A DNA stretch of 64,000 nucleotides, from contig CAVPCT010000006.1 in NCBI GenBank assembly GCA_963702475.1, positions 256,001 through 320,000 on the forward strand, written 5' to 3'. Below the pieces are notes generated by a model. It had not been told where the DNA came from, did not search any database, and worked only from the letters and a program-made list of their open reading frames with translations. Below, one piece after another: positions 55,575-64,000 of the stretch (position 1 is its first letter; each line of letters begins with the position of its first letter). Position numbers and translations under genes: made by a program. The DNA comes from an uncultured Thermoleophilia bacterium. Its GTDB lineage: Bacteria > Actinomycetota > Thermoleophilia > UBA2241.

Positions 55575-56709
55575 CGTCCCGTCCGCCGCCGAAGGCGATC
55601 GCCGTGAGTGTCTGGTTCACGTGGACCCCGCAGAACTGCTCCCCGTAGGTGTTGAAGCCGATCGCGTTGTTCCGCCGCAGCACCTTGCTCACGGCGTCGC
55701 GCTGGCCGCTCTGGTCGATCTCGAGCTTGCGGAGGATGCAGTCGAACGTCAGCACGAGCTGGGGAGGCCCGACCTGGGCGCGAGCGCGGGCCAGGGCCGC
55801 CTCGAGGTTGTCGACCAGGTCGACGCCTCTGGCGATGCGCAGGACCACGCCACGGTCGATGGCGCAGTAGAGCTTGAGCCCGTCCGGCTCGACGCGCTGG
55901 ATGGAGCGCACGTACTCGCTCCCGTCTACGAGGACGACCATCGGCGAGGCGGCGAAGTGCGCCGGGCCCAGCTCGGCGGGGTCGATGCCGAGCAGGCGCG
56001 CGTATTCCTCGGCCGCCGGCAGCCCGTTGATCTCACGCACCAGGCGCCTGGCCGGGTCCGCCTCCGTCACCACGAGGCGCTCATCGGTGGCCGTGAAGTG
56101 CTGGGTCTTGAACTCGGCGATGGGCAGCGGCGTGGCGGCGAGCACGAGGACGGCCGCGTCGCGCGAGAAGCGGCCGTCGCAGTAGACGTAGGTCCCCTCG
56201 AAGTCCAGCGAGTCCCCCGCGGAGCCGCCGACGAGTGGGATGTCGCCGAGCCCCTCCTGCAGCGCGTGGGCGACCTGCTCCTCGTGCCCGAACAGGCCGT
56301 CGACGAGGAGGAAGGCGAAGGTGTTCCACGTGCCGTCCCCGACGAGGTCGCCCAGCCGGCGGCGCAGGTCCTGGGCGACGGCGACGCCGTCCGCGCTGCG
56401 GAAGGAGTCGAGCCCCTCGAGGCGCCCGATGACCGCGGTGCAGACACGCGCTGCGAAGCTCACGCCGGCGAGGCTGTGCTCCCGGCAGCCGGCCGGGCCG
56501 ATCTCGCCGGCGGTGGTGCAGCCGACCACGGGCACGCCGGCGAAGCGGACGGCCATCTCCGCCGCGAGCGCGTCGCGGTCGTAGCGGCTCGAGCAGAAGA
56601 ACAGCACCAGCGACGCGTCGGGCTGTGTGATGCTGTCGTGCAGCTCAGCCGCAGCCTCGCTGGGGTCGTGTGCGCATGACTGTGCGATGCGGATGGTCTC
56701 GTCGGCCAC
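55567..56709 (-). CDS. nosP: FIST-domain sensor, NosP-like
   Basis: LVLFFCSSRYD, GCTTAGEI, LLVDGL, GGSAGD, EINGLPAAEEYAR, YVRSIQ, YCAIDRG, DCILR, GFNTYGEQ..HVNQT. Confidence 0.88.
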   Translation of the reverse strand: MADETIRIAQSCAHDPSEAAAELHDSITQPDASLVLFFCSSRYDRDALAAEMAVRFAGVPVVGCTTAGEIGPAGCREHSLAGVSFAARVCTAVIGRLEGLDSFRSADGVAVAQDLRRRLGDLVGDGTWNTFAFLLVDGLFGHEEQVAHALQEGLGDIPLVGGSAGDSLDFEGTYVYCDGRFSRDAAVLVLAATPLPIAEFKTQHFTATDERLVVTEADPARRLVREINGLPAAEEYARLLGIDPAELGPAHFAASPMVVLVDGSEYVRSIQRVEPDGLKLYCAIDRGVVLRIARGVDLVDNLEAALARARAQVGPPQLVLTFDCILRKLEIDQSGQRDAVSKVLRRNNAIGFNTYGEQFCGVHVNQTLTAIAFGGGRDDD

Positions 56710-56839
56710 AAGCAGCCCCTGCTCGCCGTCGGTCCGGGGCTCTGCCCCGTGCGTAGTCAAGGGCCCATGATACTGCGGAGCCCTCCCTGCGGTGCTGCCT
56801 CGCGGCGTGCCGCTGAGTATGGGGTACAGTGGGGACCAG

Positions 56840-57052
56840 ATGGAGACGCTCGGCATTGTGGCTCTTGTCGTTGGACTCGCCTTGGTGGCGCTGCTGGCGG
56901 CTGCGCTGATCTGGTGGATCGCCAGGCGCATCGGTCGCGCCACGGGACTGGACCGCAAGGTCGACCAGTTCCTGGAGATCGATGGCGACGGCATGTCGCC
57001 GGAGGACCAGCTGAAGTTCCGCGAGCAGCACCCGGGCGGCGGGGGGGCGTGA
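56840..57052 (+). CDS. Small single-TM protein
   Basis: Hydrophobic N-terminal helix and GC3-biased codons. Confidence 0.55.
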   Translation: METLGIVALVVGLALVALLAAALIWWIARRIGRATGLDRKVDQFLEIDGDGMSPEDQLKFREQHPGGGGA

Positions 57053-57225
57053 CCCGAGGCTCGGCCGGCCGGCAGCGGCGGCCGTAGCCGCACGGGGCGC
57101 GGCGCGGGCGACGAAGCCGCTCCCGCGCGGTACACTAGGGTACGCCCGGCCGGCGAAGCCGCGCCGGGCCTTCGCGCCTCAGCGGCCTCATCACCGTCAT
57201 CCACTCCGACAGAAAGACCCCGACC

Positions 57226-59184
57226 GTGCACGCTGTCGACAAGATCCGCAACCTCGCCATCATCGCCCACATCGATCACGGCAAGACCACGCTGATCGAC
57301 AGCATCTTCCGCGCCGCCCACGTGTTTCGCGACAACGCGCGCGTCGAGGAGCGCGTGATGGACAGCAACGACCTGGAGCGGGAGCGCGGCATCACCATCC
57401 GCTCCAAGCACTGCACGGTGGAGTGGAAGGACTACCTCATCAACATCATCGACACGCCGGGCCACGCCGACTTCTCCGGCGAGGTGGAGCGCGTGCTCAG
57501 CATGGTCGACTCGGTGCTCCTTCTCGTGGACGCCAACGAGGGCCCCATGCCGCAGACGCGCTACGTGCTCATGCGGGCGCTCGGGTTCGGGCTGCGGCCC
57601 ATCGTCATCGTGAACAAGGCCGACCGGCCGAACGCCGACCCGTCCGGCGCCCTCGACAGGACCTTCGACCTCTTCGTGGAGCTGGGCGCCAGCAACGAGC
57701 AGCTGGACTTCCCAGTGCTCTACGGCTCGGGCCTCGAGGGTTGGATCGTCAACGACATCGACGAGTACAAGAAGGAAGAGCACGAGCGCGAGGAGCACCT
57801 CCACGACGGCGCCGGGCTCTCGCCGGCGCTGTTGCGGGAGCTGGCCGACGCCGGCATGAACGACCTCTTCGAGACGATCGTCGAGAAGGTGCCGGCGCCC
57901 CAGGTGGTCCAGGACGCGCCCTTCCTCATGCAGGTCAGCACGCTCGCCTGGAGCGACTACATCGGGCGCATCGGCTGTGGCCGCGTGCTGCAGGGCGGCC
58001 TGAAGGTCGGCGACGAGCTGCAGCGCATCACGACGCGGCACCTGGAGGTCGGCGATCCGGACGCCGGCTGGGAGATCACGGGTTCGCAGTCCGCCCGTGT
58101 GACCCACGTCTGGGTGACGCGCGGCCTCGAGAACCGCGAGGTGGACGAGGCGGTGGCCGGCGACATCGTCTGGCTCGCCGGCCCCGACGACATCACCCTC
58201 GGCGACACCCTGACCGCGCCCGGCCTGGAGCCGGACGCCGCGGCCCTGCCGCCACTCGAGATCGAAGAGCCCACGGTCTCCATGTTCTTTCTCGTGAACA
58301 ACGGCCCGTTCGCCGGCCAGGACGGCAAGGCCGCCACGCTGCGCCAGATCAAGGACCGTCTGGATCGAGAGCTGCGCGTCAACGTCGCGCTCCGTGTGGA
58401 GGACCTGGGGCGGCCGGACGGCGTCAAGGTGTCCGGCCGCGGCGAGCTGCACCTTGCCATCCTCATCGAGGAGATGCGCCGCGAGGGCATGGAGCTGTGC
58501 GTGAGCCGGCCCGAGGTCATCACCCACCGCGACTCGGCGGGCCACCTCATGGAGCCGATGGAGCAGCTGATCATCGACGTGCCCGAGGAGTACCAGGGCG
58601 CGATCATCCAGGAGATCAGCCTGCGTAAGGGCGAGCTCGTCGCCGTGGAGGCCACCGGCACCGGCCTGGTGCGACTGGAGTTCACGATCACGACACGCGG
58701 GCTCATCGGCTACCGCAACGACTTCCTCACGGAGACGCGCGGCCTGGGCGTGATGAGCTCGCGGTTCACCGGCTATGGCCGCTGGAAGGGCGAGCTCCCC
58801 GGGCGCGAGCGCGGATCGCTGGTGAGCCAGGCGGCCGGTGAAGCGGCGAGCTACTCGCTCGAGAACCTGCAGCAACGCGCGACCCTCTTCGTGACGAACA
58901 TGACGCCGGTCTACGAGGGCATGATCGTCGGTGAGAACTCGCGCGCCGACGACATGCTGTGCAACCCCACCAAGCGCAAGCAGCTTGGCAACTACCGCTC
59001 GTCCACCAAGGAGATCGACGCCGGCCTCAAGGTGCCGCGCCCGCTCACCCTGGAGTCGGCCCTCGAGTGGATCGCCGACGACGAGCTCGTCGAGGTGACG
59101 CCCAAGATCGTGCGCGTGCGCAAGCACATCCTCAGCTCAGAGCAGCGCAAGAAGTTCGAGAAGCACGGGGCGGCCGAGGCCTGA
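57226..59184 (+). CDS. typA: Translational GTPase TypA/BipA
   Basis: [49 protein letters not shown]. Confidence 0.96.
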   Translation: MHAVDKIRNLAIIAHIDHGKTTLIDSIFRAAHVFRDNARVEERVMDSNDLERERGITIRSKHCTVEWKDYLINIIDTPGHADFSGEVERVLSMVDSVLLLVDANEGPMPQTRYVLMRALGFGLRPIVIVNKADRPNADPSGALDRTFDLFVELGASNEQLDFPVLYGSGLEGWIVNDIDEYKKEEHEREEHLHDGAGLSPALLRELADAGMNDLFETIVEKVPAPQVVQDAPFLMQVSTLAWSDYIGRIGCGRVLQGGLKVGDELQRITTRHLEVGDPDAGWEITGSQSARVTHVWVTRGLENREVDEAVAGDIVWLAGPDDITLGDTLTAPGLEPDAAALPPLEIEEPTVSMFFLVNNGPFAGQDGKAATLRQIKDRLDRELRVNVALRVEDLGRPDGVKVSGRGELHLAILIEEMRREGMELCVSRPEVITHRDSAGHLMEPMEQLIIDVPEEYQGAIIQEISLRKGELVAVEATGTGLVRLEFTITTRGLIGYRNDFLTETRGLGVMSSRFTGYGRWKGELPGRERGSLVSQAAGEAASYSLENLQQRATLFVTNMTPVYEGMIVGENSRADDMLCNPTKRKQLGNYRSSTKEIDAGLKVPRPLTLESALEWIADDELVEVTPKIVRVRKHILSSEQRKKFEKHGAAEA

Positions 59185-59210
59185 GGCCGGGCTGGCCCTG
59201 TGCCGGACTG

Positions 59211-59396
59211 TCAGGGCTCCGTGATCTCGAGATCCCGGCAGATCTTACGGGCGAGGAAATCGTTGATCTCGCGATGCCTGGGCACCGCGGTCGCTTCGCC
59301 AACAGACCGATTCACGTCGACGGAGTGCCGGCCGCCCTCGCGGAGCAGTTCGCAGCCATGACTCTCGAGGTGGCGGACGAGATCGGCGTGCTTCAC
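59211..59396 (-). CDS. hicA: HicA-family toxin
   Basis: LLREGGRH..VPRHREI..ICRDL; GTGA overlap with hicB. Confidence 0.85.
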   Translation of the reverse strand: MKHADLVRHLESHGCELLREGGRHSVDVNRSVGEATAVPRHREINDFLARKICRDLEITEP

Positions 59397-59614
59397 GCGG
59401 AGATGCGCAACGGCTCGCGGATCACGTCCCGGTCGCCGAGCCGTTCTTCTGCCAGAAGGCGGTTGGCGTCCAGAACGAGCTCGACGGCCTCGACGAGGTT
59501 CTCTCGAGCCTCGTCCAGAGTAGCTCCCTGCGTGTTCGCCCCCGGGAGCTCCTCGACGTAGCCGATGTAGCCCTCAGGCACCTGTTCGAAGACCGCTGTC
59601 AACTCGAGCTGCAT
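59393..59614 (-). CDS. hicB: HicB-family antitoxin (short, no DNA-binding domain)
   Basis: YVEELPGANTQGATLDEARENLVEA; AAGGAGGT RBS. Confidence 0.88.
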   Translation of the reverse strand: MQLELTAVFEQVPEGYIGYVEELPGANTQGATLDEARENLVEAVELVLDANRLLAEERLGDRDVIREPLRISA

Positions 59615-59776
59615 GTGAACGCTACCTCCTTGATCCCACTGTAGCATGCGGCCGGCGAGTCACGACGGCTCCCCGCCTCACGCGGAGGTGACGTTGTCAT
59701 GGAGTCTCAGGCGTTCCGCCGGTCGCGCACCATCAGGCCGACCTCGCAGCCCAGCACCCGCAGCGGCGACAGCGCT

Positions 59777-60450
59777 TCAGAGCCTGCGCAGCTCCGCTAT
59801 GGCCTCTGCGATGATCGCCTGCTGCCGCTCGATCTCGTCGAGCAACTCCTCGGGCGTGCGCATGTCCTCCTCGATGATCCGGTGCGGGTTGACCGCCTTG
59901 AGGTCGTAGTTGCTCGTCTCGATGGCGTCGCGAGTCACCGTCCAACGCCGCTCGGAGTCCGGCCGTCCCACTGTCCCGGCCGCGCGACGATCGCCGACGA
60001 GTTCGAAGAACTCCTCCATGCGCACCAGCGTGAACGGCGTCTTCTTGCCGACCTTTAGGTCGCTCCGGTCGTGGTACCAGATGCGCTCGGTGGGCCGGCC
60101 CTTGTTGAATAACAGGAGGTTGGCCTTCACGCAGGCGCCGACCTGGCTGAACACGCCGGGCGGCACGCTGACGATGCACCGCAGGTCGCAGTCGTCGAGG
60201 AGCTTGCGCTTGGTCTGGACGAAGGCGGTCTCGTTGGTGCGGAGCAGGACGCCCTCGTCGATGACGAGGCCGCGGCGGCCGCCGGTGAGCGTGTTGCCGT
60301 GCCACAGGTGCGGCGCGTCGATGCCGTGCAGTACCACGTTGGCGAGCGCGATGGGGTAGTTGGCGTTGTCCTTCTCGCGGCCGTAGAGGGTGCGATCCTG
60401 CAGCGTGACGAGCTGGTCGGCGCAGGTGATCTTGCCGTTGCCGGCCCCTG
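59777..60450 (-). pseudogene. hsdM: Type I R-M methyltransferase (hsdM) fragments
   Basis: LYGREK..ALANVVLHG..GNTL, then VIDEGVLL..IVSVPPGVF..NYDLKAVNP; FxDPAxGT and NPPF motifs are missing. Confidence 0.78.
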
Positions 60451-60469
60451 CTCGTAGGACTGCGCAAGG

Positions 60470-60683
60470 AGACCGCCGGTGCCGCTACCGGCTGCGAGTC
60501 GGGGTGCGGCTTGATGCGCAGCGGGTAGTCGGTGCGGCCCTCGGCCTGCTTGAACGGCCGGCCGTCGATGATCTCGATGGCGCCGGCCGTCTCCTCGCGC
60601 GGGATCAGGTCCTCGGTCCAGCCGCGCGCGTGAATGGCCGGGTCGATGAGCCTGGCGCGAGTATCGGCCTCTGAGAGCCCCAT
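60470..60683 (-). pseudogene. hsdR: Type I R-M endonuclease (hsdR) N-terminal fragment
   Basis: MGLSEADTRARLIDPAIHARGW..GRTDY; stops resembling HsdR after about 67 codons. Confidence 0.72.
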
Positions 60684-60778
60684 GGCCGCCGCCCCGTTGG
60701 ATGCTTGCGTGGACCCGCAGGGCATCGCGTCTCGCGACGTTCGCCGTAGTCCACCCCGTAGGGTTGACGACTGGAGGA

Positions 60779-61051
60779 CTACGAAGACTCGGTCTGGCCT
60801 TCGTGCCCCGAATCGTCAGAGTCCACGGATTCGAGCGACTCCAGGACTTCTCGGGCCTCGGCGAGGCGGTGCTCCTCCACCAGCACCTGGACGAGGCCCA
60901 GCCCGCCGCCGGACCCGGCGAACAGCCAGCTGCCGTGCTGCTCGCCTCGGGTCATGGCGGGGATGCCGGCGGCCTCGAGCGCGCCCTTGACGGCCTCCGC
61001 AGCGAACGTACCCATGACCATCGTGACGACGACCAGGCGGTCCTCGGTCAC
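60779..61051 (-). CDS. DUF2007-like putative signal-transducing protein
   Basis: AEAVKGALEAAGIPA..VQVLVEE...AREVL; GTGA overlap with the upstream gene. Confidence 0.8.
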   Translation of the reverse strand: MTEDRLVVVTMVMGTFAAEAVKGALEAAGIPAMTRGEQHGSWLFAGSGGGLGLVQVLVEEHRLAEAREVLESLESVDSDDSGHEGQTESS

Positions 61052-62391
61052 GGCGTCTCCCGTTCGAGGTCGGCCACGATGAGGTTGACGTCGTCGGGCG
61101 TGGTGAGGGGGTTGATGAAGCAGAGGCGGAGGACCGTCTCGCCGTGGTGCTTGGTGGGGGTGATCATGCCGAGACCGCTGTGCAAGGCCTCGTCGCTCCA
61201 GCGGTCGTAGTCGGCTGCGCACCAGCCCAGCCGCCGGAAGACGACGACCGTGAGCGACGGCTCGAGCACGAGTTCGAGCACGGGGCTGCCTGCGATGCGT
61301 TCGGCCGCGTACGCGGAAATGTCGAGACAGTGCTCGACGGCCTGGACGTAGGCGTCGGTACCGTAGGCCAGGACCGACGCCCACAACGGCAGGCCGCGAG
61401 CTCGTCGCGTCAGGTGCACGGCGAGATCCGCGGGGTTGCCCGCCTCCTCTTCCGTCATGACGTCGAGGTAGTCCGCCCGCTGCGTGAACGCCTTTCGCGC
61501 CCTGCGTTCGTCACGGTACACGACCGTAGCGCAGTCGTACGGCAGGTACAGCCATTTGTGCGGGTTCACGATGAACGAGTCGGCGCGCTCGATGCCGGCG
61601 AACAGGTGGCGCACGCGCGGGGACAGCAGCGCGGCCCCGCCGTAGGCGCCGTCCACGTGCAACCAGAGGCCGAGCGCCGCGCAGACGTCGGCGACGGCGG
61701 CGAGGTCGTCCACGGCGCCGTTGTTGGTGGCGCCGGCTGTGGCCACGACCGCGACCACGTCGTCCGGGTCGTGGCCCTCGAGCGCCGCCCGCAAGACGCG
61801 CGCGTCGAGGCGGCCGTGATCGTCGGCCGGCTCTGCGAGCACGAGGTCGCACCCGAGGACGCGCGCGGCGGCCTCGACCGACGCGTGGGCCGAGTGGCCG
61901 GCGACGACGACCTGGCTGCGCAGGGAGGCGCGCCTGCCGCCCCTCGCCGCCACCAGCGCACTGAGGTTCGCGATCGTGCCGCAGCTGACGAACGTGCCGC
62001 CGGCGCCGGCGGGAAAGCCGGCCGCGCCGGCCAGCCAGCGCACCGTGGCCTCCTCAGCGTCCACGGCGGCGACCCCCTCCAGCCTGCTGCCCCCGAACAC
62101 CATCGCCGCTGACAGCGCCATGTCGGCCAGGGCCGCGGCCACCGACGGCGCTCCGGGGATGAACGCCAGGAAGCGCGGGTGATCGGGCGACACGGTCGTG
62201 GCGATCACGGTGTGCAGCAGCGCGTCGAGGGCGGCCTTCGTGCCGATGCCCTCGGGTGAGAAGGCCGGGAGCTCGACCGGCCCCCCGGCGGGCGGGAGGG
62301 TGGCGCGCCTGTCGGCGAGACGTGCCAGGGCCCAGTCCAGGAGGTCGTGGGCGGCGGCGACGTCGTCGGGGGTGGGCTGGTGCATGCTCAC
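61048..62391 (-). CDS. Group II PLP-dependent decarboxylase
   Basis: HPRFLAFIP, ATAGATNNGAVDD, WLHVDGAYGG, NPHKWL. Confidence 0.92.
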   Translation of the reverse strand: MSMHQPTPDDVAAAHDLLDWALARLADRRATLPPAGGPVELPAFSPEGIGTKAALDALLHTVIATTVSPDHPRFLAFIPGAPSVAAALADMALSAAMVFGGSRLEGVAAVDAEEATVRWLAGAAGFPAGAGGTFVSCGTIANLSALVAARGGRRASLRSQVVVAGHSAHASVEAAARVLGCDLVLAEPADDHGRLDARVLRAALEGHDPDDVVAVVATAGATNNGAVDDLAAVADVCAALGLWLHVDGAYGGAALLSPRVRHLFAGIERADSFIVNPHKWLYLPYDCATVVYRDERRARKAFTQRADYLDVMTEEEAGNPADLAVHLTRRARGLPLWASVLAYGTDAYVQAVEHCLDISAYAAERIAGSPVLELVLEPSLTVVVFRRLGWCAADYDRWSDEALHSGLGMITPTKHHGETVLRLCFINPLTTPDDVNLIVADLERETP

Positions 62392-62505
62392 GCCTACATC
62401 CTATCGCGGAGCGGCGTCGCGCCGAGCACGGTCTCACAAAGGCGGGCCGGCGTGCGCCGCCCGAGAACCCGCCTGAGAACCCCGCCGCCCGGGCATGACA
62501 GAGGC

Positions 62506-63255
62506 ATGGCGCACGAGGACCAGAAACGGGCCGCAGCCGAGGCGGCGCTCGAGTCCGTGCCGCCGGCCGCGGTGATCGGCGTCGGCACGGGCAGCACCGT
62601 CGCGTTCTTCATCGAGGCACTCGCAGGCCTGCCTTTCGGCAGAAGACCGGCGGCGGCGGTCGCGAGCTCAGAGGCCACGGCGACGGCGCTCGAGGCGGCC
62701 GGCATCCGCGTCGTCGATCTGGACCACGTCGCGGAGCGCGCGGGGCGAGAGCGCGCCGCCGCGCCGCCGCGCACCGAGGGCGGACCGGCGCTCCTGCCGG
62801 TCTACGTGGACGGCGCCGACGAGGTGGACCCCGAGCTCCGCCTCATCAAGGGCGGCGGCGGCGCGCACGCGCGCGAGAAGGTGCTCGCCGCGGCCTCAGG
62901 CCTCTTCGTGTGCATGGTCGATGAGAGCAAGCTCGTCGAACGGCTCGGGGCGTTCCCGCTGCCCGTAGAGGTGATCCCCATGGCGGCCGCGTTCGTCGGC
63001 GCGCGCCTCACGGAGACGGGCGCGCGCGTCGTGCCGCGGCCGGGTTACCTGACCGACAACGGCAACATGGTACTGGACGTGACCGGGCTCGACCTGGCAG
63101 ACCCGGAGGGTCTCGAGGTCGAGCTCGACGGCATCCCCGGCGTGGTGGAGTGCGGGATCTTCGCGCGCCGCGGGGCCGACATCGTGCTCGTCGGGGGCGA
63201 CCCCGTGCGGCGCATCAGCGCCGCGGGTCTGCACGGCGGGCCGCTCAGCTGGTAG
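62506..63255 (+). CDS. rpiA: Ribose-5-phosphate isomerase A
   Basis: GVGTGST, DGADEVD, IKGGGGAHAREK, LPVEV, TDNGN, PGVVECG. Confidence 0.95.
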   Translation: MAHEDQKRAAAEAALESVPPAAVIGVGTGSTVAFFIEALAGLPFGRRPAAAVASSEATATALEAAGIRVVDLDHVAERAGRERAAAPPRTEGGPALLPVYVDGADEVDPELRLIKGGGGAHAREKVLAAASGLFVCMVDESKLVERLGAFPLPVEVIPMAAAFVGARLTETGARVVPRPGYLTDNGNMVLDVTGLDLADPEGLEVELDGIPGVVECGIFARRGADIVLVGGDPVRRISAAGLHGGPLSW

Positions 63256-63414
63256 CGCGGCCCGCCGGCTCCGCGGAGTCCTGGCGGCCGGTGCGGGCCG
63301 GCGCCTGCTCGGCTGCCGGGTGGGTCCTTGATCCCGGCGAGGTGGCCCCACAGCGCGAACCCCGCATGCCAGGGCAGTACGCGCGGTCGTTGGCCCCATG
63401 GGGGAGCGGGACTC

Positions 63415-64000
63415 TCAACGCTGCGCGAACACCATGATGCTGCCGGTGTAGCAGCAGACCCAGACGCTCTTCGTCGGCGTGTCGTAGGTGATGCCGATGG
63501 GCAGCGCGTTCGTGCCCACGCTCTCGATCACCTTCATGTCCCTGGTGCGCACCTGGCTCATCGTGCTGGAGTCGTAGTTCACGACGAAGAGGGACGTGCC
63601 GTCAGTGGCCATCGCCATGCTGCGCGGCTGCTGGCCCGTGTTGACCTTCTTGACCACGCGCCCGGTCTTCGTGCTGATCTTGGCGACGCTGCCCTCGCCG
63701 TTCAGCGTAACGTACAGGTACTTGCCGTCGGGGCTCATGATGAGGTGACGCGGGCCCGAGCCCACGCCGCGGATCCAGCCCACAGAGAAGTCGGTGAGAT
63801 CAACCTTGGCGATGTCGTGGCTGCCCATGACCGACACGTAGGCGGTCCGCGAATCGGGCGAGACGGCGATGCCGCGCGGGTACGGCCCGAGGTAGACGTT
63901 CTCGACCCGCTCGCTGGTGTGCACGTCGACCACGCTCAGCGTGTACGAGATCCAGTTGCTCACCAGCAGGTACTTCTGGTCGGGCGTGACGGCGACGTAC
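63415..64000 (-). CDS. YncE/YVTN-type beta-propeller protein, C-terminal part (5' truncated by window edge)
   Basis: Repeated blades such as PRGIAVSPD, PRHLIMSPDGKYLYV and PRSMAMATDG. Confidence 0.85.
   Translation of the reverse strand, partial: YVAVTPDQKYLLVSNWISYTLSVVDVHTSERVENVYLGPYPRGIAVSPDSRTAYVSVMGSHDIAKVDLTDFSVGWIRGVGSGPRHLIMSPDGKYLYVTLNGEGSVAKISTKTGRVVKKVNTGQQPRSMAMATDGTSLFVVNYDSSTMSQVRTRDMKVIESVGTNALPIGITYDTPTKSVWVCCYTGSIMVFAQR

Noticed and set aside
55567-59127. 1186-aa minus-strand ORF
   Set aside because: The upstream ~800 codons are the antisense shadow of typA; only 55567-56709 (FIST) is a credible gene

Overview
A very GC-rich (about 70% by eye) chromosomal segment, most consistent with a deep-branching, probably anaerobic actinobacterium (Thermoleophilia-like; this is inference). 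It holds about 70 genes and no tRNA, rRNA, CRISPR array or intact transposase that I can see. Housekeeping genes include murB, fabI, metY-metX-metW, gltX, typA and rpiA. Other content: a Fur-controlled DUF71/Btu-like ABC uptake operon, a two-component pair, an ECF sigma/anti-sigma pair and a group-2 EtfAB/acyl-CoA dehydrogenase operon. The most notable region is 48.1-56.7 kb on the minus strand. There, a NosP-type FIST sensor overlaps a hybrid regulator that has the N-terminal helix typical of NosP-partner kinases but a PucR/CdaR DNA-binding output. This pair sits directly upstream of an operon for a tungsten-type aldehyde oxidoreductase, MoaD and a HydABC/NuoEFG-like, probably electron-bifurcating module. 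Also found: a selenocysteine peroxiredoxin missed by the ORF track (in-frame UGA at the peroxidatic Cys plus a SECIS-like hairpin), a dispersed ~51-bp REP/BIME-like palindrome family, a sigma-28/WhiG-type promoter driving a tiny DRR-repeat protein, several genes collapsed by large internal deletions (epimerase, MFS, type I R-M) and two probable single-base frameshifts. All family assignments come from motif recognition; no searches were run.
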